Virus record (IMG/VR): IMGVR_UViG_3300045988_146023
Origin: a virus
DNA: 40,172 nucleotides
Reading direction: 5' to 3' (one strand)
In this document: positions 24,201 through 32,571 of the stretch, one piece after another
Layout of the letters: each line of letters opens with the position of its first letter
Numbering within the stretch: the stretch's first letter is position 1
The notes under the pieces: generated by a model
What the model was told of the DNA's origin: nothing
The model's input: the letters and a program-made list of their open reading frames with translations, nothing else
Databases searched by the model: none
Made by a program: the position numbers and the translations under genes

Positions 24201-27200
24201 ACAGGAAAACGAAAGAACTGTCAATAACAATGTGCTTCAAAAAGTGGCAGAGCATCAAGACGAAATTTCTGCGCACGGGACAGTATCTGAGTTGACGGGG
24301 AATGAGTTTTCTGATGTTCACACCAGAAAAGAGATCGAAAACGCAGTCACGGAGTTTTACCAAGAAATCGGGGCTGTAGACAGGCCCGGGTTTGGTACTG
24401 TACGTCTAGGCCGCCGAGGGGTAAAGGACAGTTTGGCTCACGGGTATGGCCAGAAGAAGATTGCGGCCTTCGCTTCGGTCCCTGACGTTATTCAGGATGG
24501 CGTACAAATCGACTATCAGCCGAACTGGAAGGGACGCGACTATGATACTTATATTATTGCTGGAGATGTAACTATTGGTGGAGAGCCAAACACGGTTGGC
24601 GTTGTTTTGATTCGAAGAAAGAATGACAGCCGATTCTACCTCCATGAAGTCACAACGACAAAAAATGGAGACGCAACGTCGTTCCAAACCGGGGCCACCG
24701 AAGAAACTTCGGCCCGCTTACCCGGCGACGTTACATCTCCTATGGATATTATACAGGATCGAGGTGCAACTGTCAATCCCGAGTTGCCGGAGGAGCAAGC
24801 TCGGTACAGCGTGGGCGCAGCTCCTAGTGGATTTGACCCGTATTCCCGGATGCTGAATGAATACGGGGCTATTGCACCGGGCGAGAAACCGGCGCGGATG
24901 GTGGACGTACCACGCAGTACCGACGGACAAGACCGGGTACGTCAGTCTGCCAGAACATTCATGGAAGCGGAAGCCACTCCGGATGCACTGGTGAATTTGT
25001 TCCAGCAGGGCGTAGTGAACAAGGAGTGGTCCTATAATCCGAAGAAGGACAAAGCTAGTGTGGACCGGGCCATGGGCATTCTGCGTCAAAGGGACGGCTT
25101 CCAGAATGGCCTGAACCAATGGAATGAAATGGTTTCCACCGGACGGCAGGCTACAAAGGACGATGTGGTCATGGCGCAGATGATCTATAAAGCCGCAGCC
25201 AATGCCGGAGACTATGAAACTGCTGGACGGCTGGCGGGTGAGATTGCTGCACTTGGTACCATTTCCGGGCAAAATATTCAGGCGCTTCGTCTGCTGAAAC
25301 GAGCCACGCCGGAAGGAAAACTGTTTTATATCCAGAAGGGCGTTGACCAGGTCAACGATACGATGGAGAAAAAATACGGGGAGGGTTTCCATGGTATCGA
25401 GGTCCCGGATGAACTGTACCAGCAGTACATGAACGCTGAGACCAATGAAGCCCAGATTGCGGCCCTAGATGCCATCTATGACTATGTGGCGGAGCGCGTC
25501 CCCCGCACTTTTGGGGATGCTTTGGATACCTGGCGTTATTTCGCCATGCTGGGAAATCCTCGCACACATATCCGAAACGTCCTGGGCAACGTTATCATGC
25601 AGGGGCCGATCCAGGCACGAAACGCACTTTCTGCGGGACTACAAAACGCTCTGCTCCCTCAAGAACAGAGGACCCGCTCTGTGGGGGCCAACCGTGCCAC
25701 CAGGGACTTTGCGCGACAGGATTTTGAAGCCAACAAGGATGTCCTTCGAGGTAATCCTTACACTACGCCGGAAGGCGGAGAGATTATGCGTCGGGTCCGA
25801 GAAAAGGGACTGACCGTTGACAAGGGGAAACAGGAGCGCAGTGCCTTCTGGCGTGGCGTTAACACGATGTTGAAGCCGCTTCAAGGAGCCGCTTCTGCAA
25901 ACAGTAACTTGATGGACTTTGAGGACATGGTTTTCAAGAAGAGCACTTATATCAACAGTCTGTCGAACTTCTTGAAAGCCAGGGGTTATGACCCATCTAC
26001 ACAGGACATCCCGGAAAATGTGTTGGAAGAAGGTCGGGGGCAGGCTATCGAGGATGCGCTGGAATCCACTTTCCAGAATTATTCCTCCCTTGCGAGCAAA
26101 CTGGCAGAGTTAGAGAGCTCCAGCAGAGCGGCCAAACTGGTGATTGGCGGCCTTATGCCCTTTAAGAAAACCCCCATCAATATTACGAAACGAAGCATTG
26201 AGTTTTCCCCTATTGGCTTGTTCCGTGGTATGCACCAGTGGTTGAGCAAAGTGCCAAAGGGAGAGACCACCGCAGCGGAAGCGCTAGACAACATTGCAGC
26301 AGGCATTACCGGTTCCGGCATCGTTGCTATCGGTGCTTTTCTGGCGTCTCAGGGACTGATTAACGCAGGAGACGATGAAGATGACCGGCTCCGCGATTTT
26401 GGCGTAGCGCAAGGATCTCAGGAGTATTCCTTGAACGTCGGGGATTATTCCTATACCATTGACTGGGCGGCACCGTCTGTCATTCCTCTCTTCCTTGGGG
26501 TGGAGGGATACAATGCCTTCAAACGTCTTCTGGATGAGCAGGAAAACGAGGATAGCCCCGGGTTCTTTACAGAAACCGTCAATGCCATTTCCCGCATGTT
26601 TGAACCCATGATGAACATGACCATGCTTTCTGGCCTCAGTGGGGCAATTCAGAGCGCAGCATACAATCAGGCTAACCCGATTATCGGGATTGGCTCCAAC
26701 GTGGCGCAGAATTTCCTTGGGCAAGTGTTCCCTACCCTGTCCGGACAGATTGCCCGCACCATCGACGATACCCGCCGGACAACCTTTTATGATAAGACCA
26801 CGGACGTTCCAAAGGGTTTGCAGACCTTCCTTCAAACTCAAATGAACAAGATCCCCGGCCTATCCCAAAGAAACCCGGCTTGGCTGGATAGTTGGGGGCG
26901 GGCCGATGTCACGGAAAACCCCCTCGTTCGTTTTCTGGAAAACTTCCTTTCTCCCGGCTACATTGCAGAACGTAACACGGATGATGTGGATACCGAATTG
27001 CAACGTCTCTATGACCTCGGGGAAGAAGGTGTTTTGCCGAAGAACCCGGAGAAGAGCGCAGAGGTGGATGGCAAACGCCTCACCGCCGAACAGTGGCAAA
27101 CCTATGCTCAGACAAAGGGTTCGGAGTCTCGGGACATGTTGGAGGGAATTATATCTTCCCCGCAGTATCAGGAGTTGTCCGACCAGGATAAGGCGAAGGT

Positions 27201-28005
27201 TGTCCGAAAGGTATTTGAATATGGCACCTATAGCGGCAAGGAGGCGATTGGTGCAGATACCAGTAAGTTTGACTCTTGGTATGGCAAGCTTATTGAGGGG
27301 AGAGACCAGCACGGCATTTCTCCTGTGGACTACCTGACTATGTACATCGGCAAGAGCAACATCGACAACGACGAAAGCAAGTCTAATCAACAGCAGGGTA
27401 TGGATGTCGCCGCCATGATTGACAGCAATGACCGTCTAAACGACGATCAAAAGAAATACTTGAAAGAGAACCTTAAAGTTTACAACTTTAACCCCGTAAA
27501 TATTGGGGATGACTCTAAGTATCAACAAGCCATTAACGCAGGATTCTCTCCGGAGGAGGCCGCCGAAGGGTATAAGATTATCGAGGGAGCAAAAGCTTAT
27601 GGTGAGGACGGCGAACTGGATGAATCCGAATTTGAACGCTATATGCGGGAAAAGATGAGTATTGAGCCTGGTACGGAGGAGTATAACAAGTATCTGAAAG
27701 CTTATGGGAATCGAGACTGGAAAAGTGTGAAGGCTCTTATCGGCGATACCACTTCCTCTGGACACAAAGGCTACACCATGAATGACCAGAGGTACAGTTC
27801 CGCTGTCAACGCCGGTTTCGATGAGGAAGCGGCGAAGGAACTTTCCATTGGCCGTCAAGTTGCCGATCAAGAATTCGGAAACGGGAACGGGACTCTTAGT
27901 AAAAACGAGTTGGTAAATTACATCCAGAGTAATTACTCTCAAAACCAGTGGAGAACCGTATACTCTGTTCTTGCTAACTCGAACTGGAAAAATCCGTTCG
28001 GATAA
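21253..28005 (+). CDS. Giant multidomain (polyvalent-type) virion/ejection protein, 2250 aa
   Basis: An uninterrupted ORF starting at TTG, 6 nt after AAGGAGGG. It contains coiled coils, Gly/Ala-rich hydrophobic segments and a lower-GC insert (about 24390-24660, ...GVKDSLAHGYGQKK..FYLHEV). The C-terminus carries two repeated modules with EF-hand-like loops. Confidence 0.8.
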   Translation: MPLNMKLGVMTPDEWLQNTVGQANKNKGNSSSSSKKPSSNPAKSSSSKNNGVFTGNFAKDFETRKNIQKKQNSYGAKLGKAAYDTQAKRLQDKIDSARDGNARTRYQNQLAELRARANATLPGGLAGMEEAEERETSAAQRRAPREQRERQAKIDALNEKLSKTTDRRTRAAYRQEIRDLEYPLSASDQRLGHLSRDIIQDAKEQYDEGTQLIREGFEEEGRRIQEQAHLMAEYQRALAGYSGGGSGEDRFVPELTAQENQIMTAEGKQALRAAKRLYELGEETGNEELKETGRILGQNVRLTQNSYDLDKIRELRSKEPTVKRTDAHGRPIYTPTELEAEGQRNFFPAIWNQITGSLLSLGEAAHAATREAISNRNNTAYQSNQDAAAYWDRQARTAQTEEARKQAEENAQKAREMVEQLRAKEEVHPWSEGQWRLRQAAQQQETVQNSIDSPFGRLVNQAAMSALGMAPALGLSAVAGPAAGAALMGAQAAGGKAGELLSRGESGTEALGRGLVSGAIEGVTEKIPIGNLVRIARGAGGASWLRNMARQAGIEATEESASYALNYAADVAARDPEAEFSLQDLLEGAAVGALTGGALGGGASALSGGTTAARGRTRGGTAAAQDAARRAVQEVTRETQAQMPSAPENPLLQTIQETRREQEQAARMEPEEPQGPQSVLNQVVEQAAAERNARREADTAPAQEAPQTLAEREARYQQRYQDYMQRARAAAEDPSLQTPENYQALRLELDEIQNEYNGILQARRVESGEVSTDYNTPENHIDNRTTEDVENRSVKAFQFDYPQLHPYYVQAAQALMEDANWSLETQSNQKGKGTVARYSEALERAANLGLSRQEIIRVCQDIITDRGQENYAAAKKVELILDQMLSEGYTPNEALGNPDQRVGPNEAYLQTKEAIPGAVTRDSFEHYLRQNALAMDAGEVTEEQLRQEWEARRTNEESDGMSFWTGARQGSSGDITSPSANRVQENERTVNNNVLQKVAEHQDEISAHGTVSELTGNEFSDVHTRKEIENAVTEFYQEIGAVDRPGFGTVRLGRRGVKDSLAHGYGQKKIAAFASVPDVIQDGVQIDYQPNWKGRDYDTYIIAGDVTIGGEPNTVGVVLIRRKNDSRFYLHEVTTTKNGDATSFQTGATEETSARLPGDVTSPMDIIQDRGATVNPELPEEQARYSVGAAPSGFDPYSRMLNEYGAIAPGEKPARMVDVPRSTDGQDRVRQSARTFMEAEATPDALVNLFQQGVVNKEWSYNPKKDKASVDRAMGILRQRDGFQNGLNQWNEMVSTGRQATKDDVVMAQMIYKAAANAGDYETAGRLAGEIAALGTISGQNIQALRLLKRATPEGKLFYIQKGVDQVNDTMEKKYGEGFHGIEVPDELYQQYMNAETNEAQIAALDAIYDYVAERVPRTFGDALDTWRYFAMLGNPRTHIRNVLGNVIMQGPIQARNALSAGLQNALLPQEQRTRSVGANRATRDFARQDFEANKDVLRGNPYTTPEGGEIMRRVREKGLTVDKGKQERSAFWRGVNTMLKPLQGAASANSNLMDFEDMVFKKSTYINSLSNFLKARGYDPSTQDIPENVLEEGRGQAIEDALESTFQNYSSLASKLAELESSSRAAKLVIGGLMPFKKTPINITKRSIEFSPIGLFRGMHQWLSKVPKGETTAAEALDNIAAGITGSGIVAIGAFLASQGLINAGDDEDDRLRDFGVAQGSQEYSLNVGDYSYTIDWAAPSVIPLFLGVEGYNAFKRLLDEQENEDSPGFFTETVNAISRMFEPMMNMTMLSGLSGAIQSAAYNQANPIIGIGSNVAQNFLGQVFPTLSGQIARTIDDTRRTTFYDKTTDVPKGLQTFLQTQMNKIPGLSQRNPAWLDSWGRADVTENPLVRFLENFLSPGYIAERNTDDVDTELQRLYDLGEEGVLPKNPEKSAEVDGKRLTAEQWQTYAQTKGSESRDMLEGIISSPQYQELSDQDKAKVVRKVFEYGTYSGKEAIGADTSKFDSWYGKLIEGRDQHGISPVDYLTMYIGKSNIDNDESKSNQQQGMDVAAMIDSNDRLNDDQKKYLKENLKVYNFNPVNIGDDSKYQQAINAGFSPEEAAEGYKIIEGAKAYGEDGELDESEFERYMREKMSIEPGTEEYNKYLKAYGNRDWKSVKALIGDTTSSGHKGYTMNDQRYSSAVNAGFDEEAAKELSIGRQVADQEFGNGNGTLSKNELVNYIQSNYSQNQWRTVYSVLANSNWKNPFG

Positions 28006-28008
28006 GAA

Positions 28009-28036
28009 GGAAGGGACCGGATCACCGGTCCCTTCT
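28009..28036. terminator. Bidirectional terminator between the convergent late and early operons
   Basis: GAAGGGACCGG (28010-28020) pairs with CCGGTCCCTTC (28025-28035). The loop is ATCA and T-rich tracts follow. Confidence 0.75.
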
Positions 28037-28543
28037 TCTTTTCTCTTCGTATTCAAACCAACACCCATCGTATTGGATGTGGTGTATAATCCGGTACCGC
28101 ATACCGCTTGGGGTGAGGAAATTTGCGTTGGCAGCTGCGGTAATCGACGGGTAGATGTCAACAACCCCTTCCCGATTCATCTTTTTCACTGGGATTCTGA
28201 AACTTACGGAGAGGTTGTTACTGGGGAAATAACCCAAATTGCTTAGACTATTGCACTGCCAGTCCCCGTTTTTATTCTTGACGCACATGCCGGGAATCGG
28301 GCCATTCATAAACACATCCCGCATGAGGCTGCGGATGCGGTGCGTCTTTTGGCCTATTTCCTCACGGGGATAGTACAGCGTGACCAGCATCGTCTTGCTG
28401 TGGTAATCTTTCGTGAGGTTTAATATCCTTGGCTCCTTTATCGGGATTGTGGCGTCCCGACAGTGGAACCAGGCGCGGACCCGGCCCTCCGAGCTAAGGT
28501 CATAGCGTCCTCCGGTTCCGGGGATGGGTCTCCATTCCTCCAT
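28022..28543 (-). CDS. Homing-endonuclease-like protein (NUMOD4 N-terminus, degenerate HNH)
   Basis: MEEWRPIPGTGGRYDLSSEGRVRAW is NUMOD4-like. KNKNGDWQCNSLSNL aligns to the HNH region but lacks the His. It is AT-richer than its neighbours. Confidence 0.6.
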   Translation of the reverse strand: MEEWRPIPGTGGRYDLSSEGRVRAWFHCRDATIPIKEPRILNLTKDYHSKTMLVTLYYPREEIGQKTHRIRSLMRDVFMNGPIPGMCVKNKNGDWQCNSLSNLGYFPSNNLSVSFRIPVKKMNREGVVDIYPSITAAANANFLTPSGMRYRIIHHIQYDGCWFEYEEKRRRDR

Positions 28544-29010
28544 AGTTGTCCTCCTTTTGTCTCTATGTATGCAAGACCGGCAGCGTAGGCTGCCCACATG
28601 TCGGCCCGGAAGCCGAAAAAGAAATCCGGGTGTTTCTTGCTCCCCTTTCCATTGGTGTGGTCGTGGGTGGCGAACCGGTCAATCAACGCCCGTCGGATGG
28701 TGGCGTCGTTGCCGCGGGGGCTGTTGCAGATGTGCAGGACAACTTCCTTCCGGTAGATGTACCCCACAGGGGCGGTGGCAGCTTGGGTGTACCTGCCCAC
28801 CCACTCGCAGGTCTCCAGCACCTCCCGGCCCACGGGCATCCCGTAGCTTGCCACACGCTCAATGACCAGGAAATCGTAGTGCTCCACCTGGACCATGAGC
28901 AGGCAAGTTGCATTAAGCTCCTTTCCCACTCTGATGGGGCGGAGGGTATCACTATCCAGGACACAGAAGCCGGACTGGATATCGCCGGGGTCAAGGGCTA
29001 GTACTTTCAC
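28438..29010 (-). CDS. RuvC-like Holliday junction resolvase
   Basis: Starts at GTG after GGAGGGGGAGGGG. KVLALDPGDIQSGF..., ...LVIERV... and ...ADMWAAYAAG... give the acidic catalytic pattern of the RuvC fold. The 3' end overlaps the next gene by ~100 nt. Confidence 0.6.
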   Translation of the reverse strand: MKVLALDPGDIQSGFCVLDSDTLRPIRVGKELNATCLLMVQVEHYDFLVIERVASYGMPVGREVLETCEWVGRYTQAATAPVGYIYRKEVVLHICNSPRGNDATIRRALIDRFATHDHTNGKGSKKHPDFFFGFRADMWAAYAAGLAYIETKGGQLWRNGDPSPEPEDAMTLARRAGSAPGSTVGTPQSR

Positions 29011-29221
29011 TTGAACCCCTCCCCCTCCTGATGATGTGGACCTTTCCATCCCAGAACAGAGAGAAAATGTAATCAAACAAGAAGTTCCGGACGGGCCCGA
29101 ATTTAGCGATTACCTCGCCGCAGTTCCGGCAGACCTTGACGGGGAAAAAGGAGAACATGACGTAGCCGTTGTCGTATTCGTCCGTCTGATAGTGCGTGCA
29201 GCAGTTATAGTTTGTTTCCAT
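28991..29221 (-). CDS. Hypothetical protein (76 aa), CxxC-containing
   Basis: SD GGAGGG precedes ATG 29221. Confidence 0.5.
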   Translation of the reverse strand: METNYNCCTHYQTDEYDNGYVMFSFFPVKVCRNCGEVIAKFGPVRNFLFDYIFSLFWDGKVHIIRRGRGSSESTSP

Positions 29222-29222
29222 G

Positions 29223-29591
29223 TCAGCCCTCCATCCTCAGTGCAGCCTCGGCACGGGTGATTACCTTTGTCGCATCCAAATATTGACCACACTCCGGGCA
29301 CTGTAAAACCATGCGCTCCCCATATGGGATGCCCATTAAGTCCTTTCCGCAGTATGGGCATAGGCAGGTATTTTTGTCGCCGTCGCCCCAAACCAGAGGT
29401 TTGCGAGGCATATCCAGCACCACGCACCGTCCCTCTCGATCCGCCTGCACCAGCTCCCGCAGCCGATCCAGGTCGTACTCGTCGCCCAGGATGTCCTCGA
29501 TGGTGACGAGGCGACCCATGACGCTCTCTTTCTGTTTGGCGAAGTCTACATGGATAACGCCGTTGGGAAGTCGCTTTGTCAACCGTTTCAT
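29223..29591 (-). CDS. Hypothetical protein with a C-terminal zinc ribbon (122 aa)
   Basis: SD GGAAGGAGGAC precedes ATG 29591. Cys motifs are CLCPYCG...CPECG. Confidence 0.6.
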   Translation of the reverse strand: MKRLTKRLPNGVIHVDFAKQKESVMGRLVTIEDILGDEYDLDRLRELVQADREGRCVVLDMPRKPLVWGDGDKNTCLCPYCGKDLMGIPYGERMVLQCPECGQYLDATKVITRAEAALRMEG

Positions 29592-29592
29592 G

Positions 29593-30069
29593 TCAGTCCT
29601 CCTTCCGGCCGCGCCATCTCCATCTGTCATAGTTGTTTGAGCAACCTCCATCAGGGTTAGTACAATCATGATCCAGCGTACAGCCGTTAAAAAATACTGT
29701 GTGATACACGCAGGTTTTACATTCGTGTGGGATACTCTCCACCGCCGCATCCCTCTCGGCTTTCACCTTTTCAAGCTCTTGCTTAGTTTCCGATAATTCC
29801 GCTGCCAGAGCAAAAGCCTCTGCGCCTTTTCCGGTCAGTTCAATGGGTCTGGCCATTTTGGCCTTCTCCAGCTCGGCTTCCAGCCTCGGAATAACAACAT
29901 CGAGCAAATGGCCTTGATAGCTGTCATGGAGCTTGTTTTTCAGGCTTTCGTTCTCGGCCTGTAACTTTTCGAGGGCTTCGGCGGCATCTTTCACCGTTTG
30001 GAGGTTCAAAAGCGCCTTGTCCTTTATCGAGTAATTTTTCAGCCGGTCTATCAGCTTTTCAACGTCCAT
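29593..30069 (-). CDS. Coiled-coil / Cys-rich protein, paralog 1 (158 aa)
   Basis: Ends ...RWRWRGRKED and shares its N-terminal (LIDRLK) and C-terminal pattern with 30071-30442. Confidence 0.6.
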   Translation of the reverse strand: MDVEKLIDRLKNYSIKDKALLNLQTVKDAAEALEKLQAENESLKNKLHDSYQGHLLDVVIPRLEAELEKAKMARPIELTGKGAEAFALAAELSETKQELEKVKAERDAAVESIPHECKTCVYHTVFFNGCTLDHDCTNPDGGCSNNYDRWRWRGRKED

Positions 30070-30070
30070 G

Positions 30071-30442
30071 TCAGTCCTCCTTATGCGGGCCGCGCCACTT
30101 AAAATGTTTACAGCGATAATGTTCGCCTTCTTCGTAGCAGAGGTTACCTACATTGGCACAATATCCATTACACAGTTCTGCGAAAGCCTTATCGGCGTCG
30201 GAGTTATTAACACCGTATCCGCATCTGATTTCCTCGATATCTCCTATTATTTCAAACAGGTCTTTAATTGCTGCATCCCGCTCATATTTGACAGAATCCA
30301 GTTCGTCCCGCATCTTCTCGTTTTCGGCCTGGATCGTGAAGAGGGCGTCAGCCGCATCGCCTAAAAGGGTTGCGTCCGGATCCTCAAGATCATGCCACGA
30401 CGGCATTCTAAGATTGTCGATCAGTTCATTTATGTCCATCAT
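30071..30442 (-). CDS. Coiled-coil / Cys-rich protein, paralog 2 (123 aa)
   Basis: Ends ...FKWRGPHKED. The ATG overlaps the upstream stop (ATGA). Confidence 0.6.
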   Translation of the reverse strand: MMDINELIDNLRMPSWHDLEDPDATLLGDAADALFTIQAENEKMRDELDSVKYERDAAIKDLFEIIGDIEEIRCGYGVNNSDADKAFAELCNGYCANVGNLCYEEGEHYRCKHFKWRGPHKED

Positions 30443-30819
30443 GTGTCCTCCTCTCCCTCCGGCGGGCGGCTGTCAGGCGGTGCGGGACGTGGCATCCAGT
30501 GGGTGACTTCTCTGCAAATCCTATTCCATTCGAGTCCGTTGTATCTGTACCAACTTCTCGACAGGGAAGCGTACCACGCCTCACCAACATCTGATCCGTT
30601 GGTTGCGATAACATTTTGTCCAGATGCTGGGAGCCGGTCCTCCACGCTTACCCACTCGTTCGGCGGGGTGAGGGTGGGCTGTGCGTTGATTTCCCACAGC
30701 ACATCCTCCAGTAGGCCGACACCATCGGTATCGTCAACGTCCGTATGCGCGTCGATCCATTTCTGGATGGTTGCACGGAGTTCTGCTCTATCGATCGGTT
30801 CAATCTGTCGTACTTCCAT
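30439..30819 (-). CDS. DUF551-type phage protein
   Basis: The C-terminal WVSVEDRLP...THWMPRPAPP pattern is typical of DUF551. Confidence 0.6.
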   Translation of the reverse strand: MEVRQIEPIDRAELRATIQKWIDAHTDVDDTDGVGLLEDVLWEINAQPTLTPPNEWVSVEDRLPASGQNVIATNGSDVGEAWYASLSRSWYRYNGLEWNRICREVTHWMPRPAPPDSRPPEGEEDT

Positions 30820-30883
30820 CTTTCAGTTCCTCCAATCCATCCCCTTCAAACGGTCTATATTCAATTGGTTCTTGTTTCCCCTC

Positions 30884-30991
30884 CTAACGCCATCCACAGG
30901 ATGGACAACTTTTGCAAGGAATCGGCTGCTCTGTGCAAATTACAGTATTCATTAGTACAGCGCCACATTTAGGGCATGTTTCAATAATCAT
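30884..30991 (-). CDS. Possible 35-aa zinc-ribbon peptide (not in the ORF track)
   Basis: MIIETCPKCGAVLMNTVICTEQPIPCKSCPSCGWR. The ATG overlaps the upstream stop (GATGATTATTGA). Confidence 0.35.
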   Translation of the reverse strand: MIIETCPKCGAVLMNTVICTEQPIPCKSCPSCGWR

Positions 30992-31232
30992 CTTTCAGCG
31001 CCCCCCGTACAATTTTCTGCGCCGCCTTGTTCCCGCACTCACGGCTTGCCTGCGCCACAATCCGGTCGATAATCTCCTGCTTATCCTTGTAAATGACCTT
31101 CCGGACACAATCTGCAATGGTGCGCTTATACAGGTTTCTGTCTACAGACCAGTCTGCAAGCAGTGCTCTCCCTGCCGCCGTCAGAATATACTCTCTCAGT
31201 TCGTTATCCGGAACTTCAATCTCGATTTTCAT
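30981..31232 (-). CDS. Hypothetical protein (83 aa)
   Basis: An ORF with coupled neighbours. No motif was recognised. Confidence 0.55.
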   Translation of the reverse strand: MKIEIEVPDNELREYILTAAGRALLADWSVDRNLYKRTIADCVRKVIYKDKQEIIDRIVAQASRECGNKAAQKIVRGALKDDY

Positions 31233-31566
31233 ACAGCGCCTCCAATCTCTCCATCACCATTTCCACGGCCTCGTCCGTCATTGCCGCCCCGCAACGAGGG
31301 CAGAAGTTGTCCAAAACGAATTCGTCATTGCAATCAAGAACGGCCTCTGCTTTGCACCGAGAACATTTATAACCTCCAACAGCTTCTCGGACTGCAATCC
31401 ACTCCCCCCTCAACACCTTATCCACCCGCTCACGGCTGACGGGGCGGAGGGCTTTTTGAGCAACGTCCAAGGCCACCATGAACTCCGTGAGCCTTTTCGC
31501 TTTTCCGCCGATCTCGATCCCTTCGATTCGCAAGGCCTTTATGGCTTCTTCCCGTGTCATGTTCAT
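31216..31566 (-). CDS. Hypothetical protein with a zinc ribbon (116 aa)
   Basis: Cys motifs are CSRC...CPRCG. Confidence 0.55.
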   Translation of the reverse strand: MNMTREEAIKALRIEGIEIGGKAKRLTEFMVALDVAQKALRPVSRERVDKVLRGEWIAVREAVGGYKCSRCKAEAVLDCNDEFVLDNFCPRCGAAMTDEAVEMVMERLEALYENRD

Positions 31567-31937
31567 AGTTTATCCTCCTCGAGGAATAGTTGGCGAATCG
31601 AAAGAAGTTCTTTTTGTGCGTGATACCTCCATATCCCGAGGTATTCGCTCAGGTTATCCGTTTCGATGTGGGAAGCAATCTCGACAACGCTCATGTCGGA
31701 AATTAAATTTCGTAATTCCTCAAAGTGTTCTTGGCTGCGACCATTTTTTAATGGTTCATCCGGTTCCCTCAACGCCTCCGCCGCCATCCGATACATCTCC
31801 CGAGCGGCTGGGCCGGGCGGGTGTATGGTCTCAAACCATTCGGCGGCTTGTTCTTTAGTGGCTTTCACTTTTCTCCCCTCCATCGCCTGCACAAAACAAC
31901 TCTTCGCAAAGTTTTTCATATCGTTCGTGGATTCCAT
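31563..31937 (-). CDS. Hypothetical protein (start uncertain)
   Basis: The stop at 31563 is clear. Candidate starts are 31937, 31919 and 31883, all with weak SDs, and the gene overlaps the SprT-like gene end. Confidence 0.4.
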   Translation of the reverse strand: MESTNDMKNFAKSCFVQAMEGRKVKATKEQAAEWFETIHPPGPAAREMYRMAAEALREPDEPLKNGRSQEHFEELRNLISDMSVVEIASHIETDNLSEYLGIWRYHAQKELLSIRQLFLEEDKL

Positions 31938-32223
31938 CAAAAGCCTTTTGCCATTCTTTTCCGTGCCCAGCTTCAATTCCAACTGCAACATGAGCCAACT
32001 CATGCGCGAATGTTTCTGTCTGTATCACAACAGGTTCATTCGCGTTCAACTCAATCAACGGAGGTCTTCCAACTTTAAATCCAGTGCGTCCGAACCCGTC
32101 ATTTATATCCGGGTTCCAAATCGCCTGAAAGTTTCCTGCTTTCTCCGGATAAAGTTCCTTGAATGCCTCGAACAGCAGGCAAAATGGATCATTCTCAAAG
32201 GGACTCTGCATTAACTTTCTCAT
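31855..32223 (-). CDS. SprT-like zinc metallopeptidase domain protein
   Basis: HELAHV (HExxH) is followed by GHGKEWQKAF. Confidence 0.55.
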   Translation of the reverse strand: MRKLMQSPFENDPFCLLFEAFKELYPEKAGNFQAIWNPDINDGFGRTGFKVGRPPLIELNANEPVVIQTETFAHELAHVAVGIEAGHGKEWQKAFDGIHERYEKLCEELFCAGDGGEKSESH

Positions 32224-32268
32224 TGCATCTCCCTCCTCAACGCCTCACGGCTTCCTCTCTGGTGATGC

Positions 32269-32571
32269 TCATTCCGCTGCCCCTTTCGTTGCGATCTCCC
32301 CGCCACAGGCGGCGTAACCGGCGATATCTACCCAGTTGTCCTGGGAAGAGGATCCTCCAGCAATTCGTCCCACTTTGAGCAGAACCATCATGGCGGCCAC
32401 ATCGTCAGGGACAAGGTCTACCAAAACACCAGGGCCAACGCAACGAGCCTGTATGTATTGCCTCCACAACTCAGCGATGGTGCGAAAATTGTCCTCTGGG
32501 CTGCCATAGTCCTGCTCTCTCTGTCCGCAAACACACGCCTCTGCGGCGTCCAGTATTCCCTTTCTAGTCAT
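32269..32571 (-). CDS. Conserved phage protein (DUF6378-like)
   Basis: REQDYGSPEDNFRTIAELW...DVAAMMVLLKVGR...D..VDIAGYAA pattern. SD GGGGAAG precedes ATG 32571. Confidence 0.5.
   Translation of the reverse strand: MTRKGILDAAEACVCGQREQDYGSPEDNFRTIAELWRQYIQARCVGPGVLVDLVPDDVAAMMVLLKVGRIAGGSSSQDNWVDIAGYAACGGEIATKGAAE

Noticed and set aside
29028-29034. CUGAUGA motif on the plus strand
   Set aside because: A short hairpin follows, but no GAAA and no helix III/UH element is in register. It lies antisense to coding sequence, so it is not a hammerhead.
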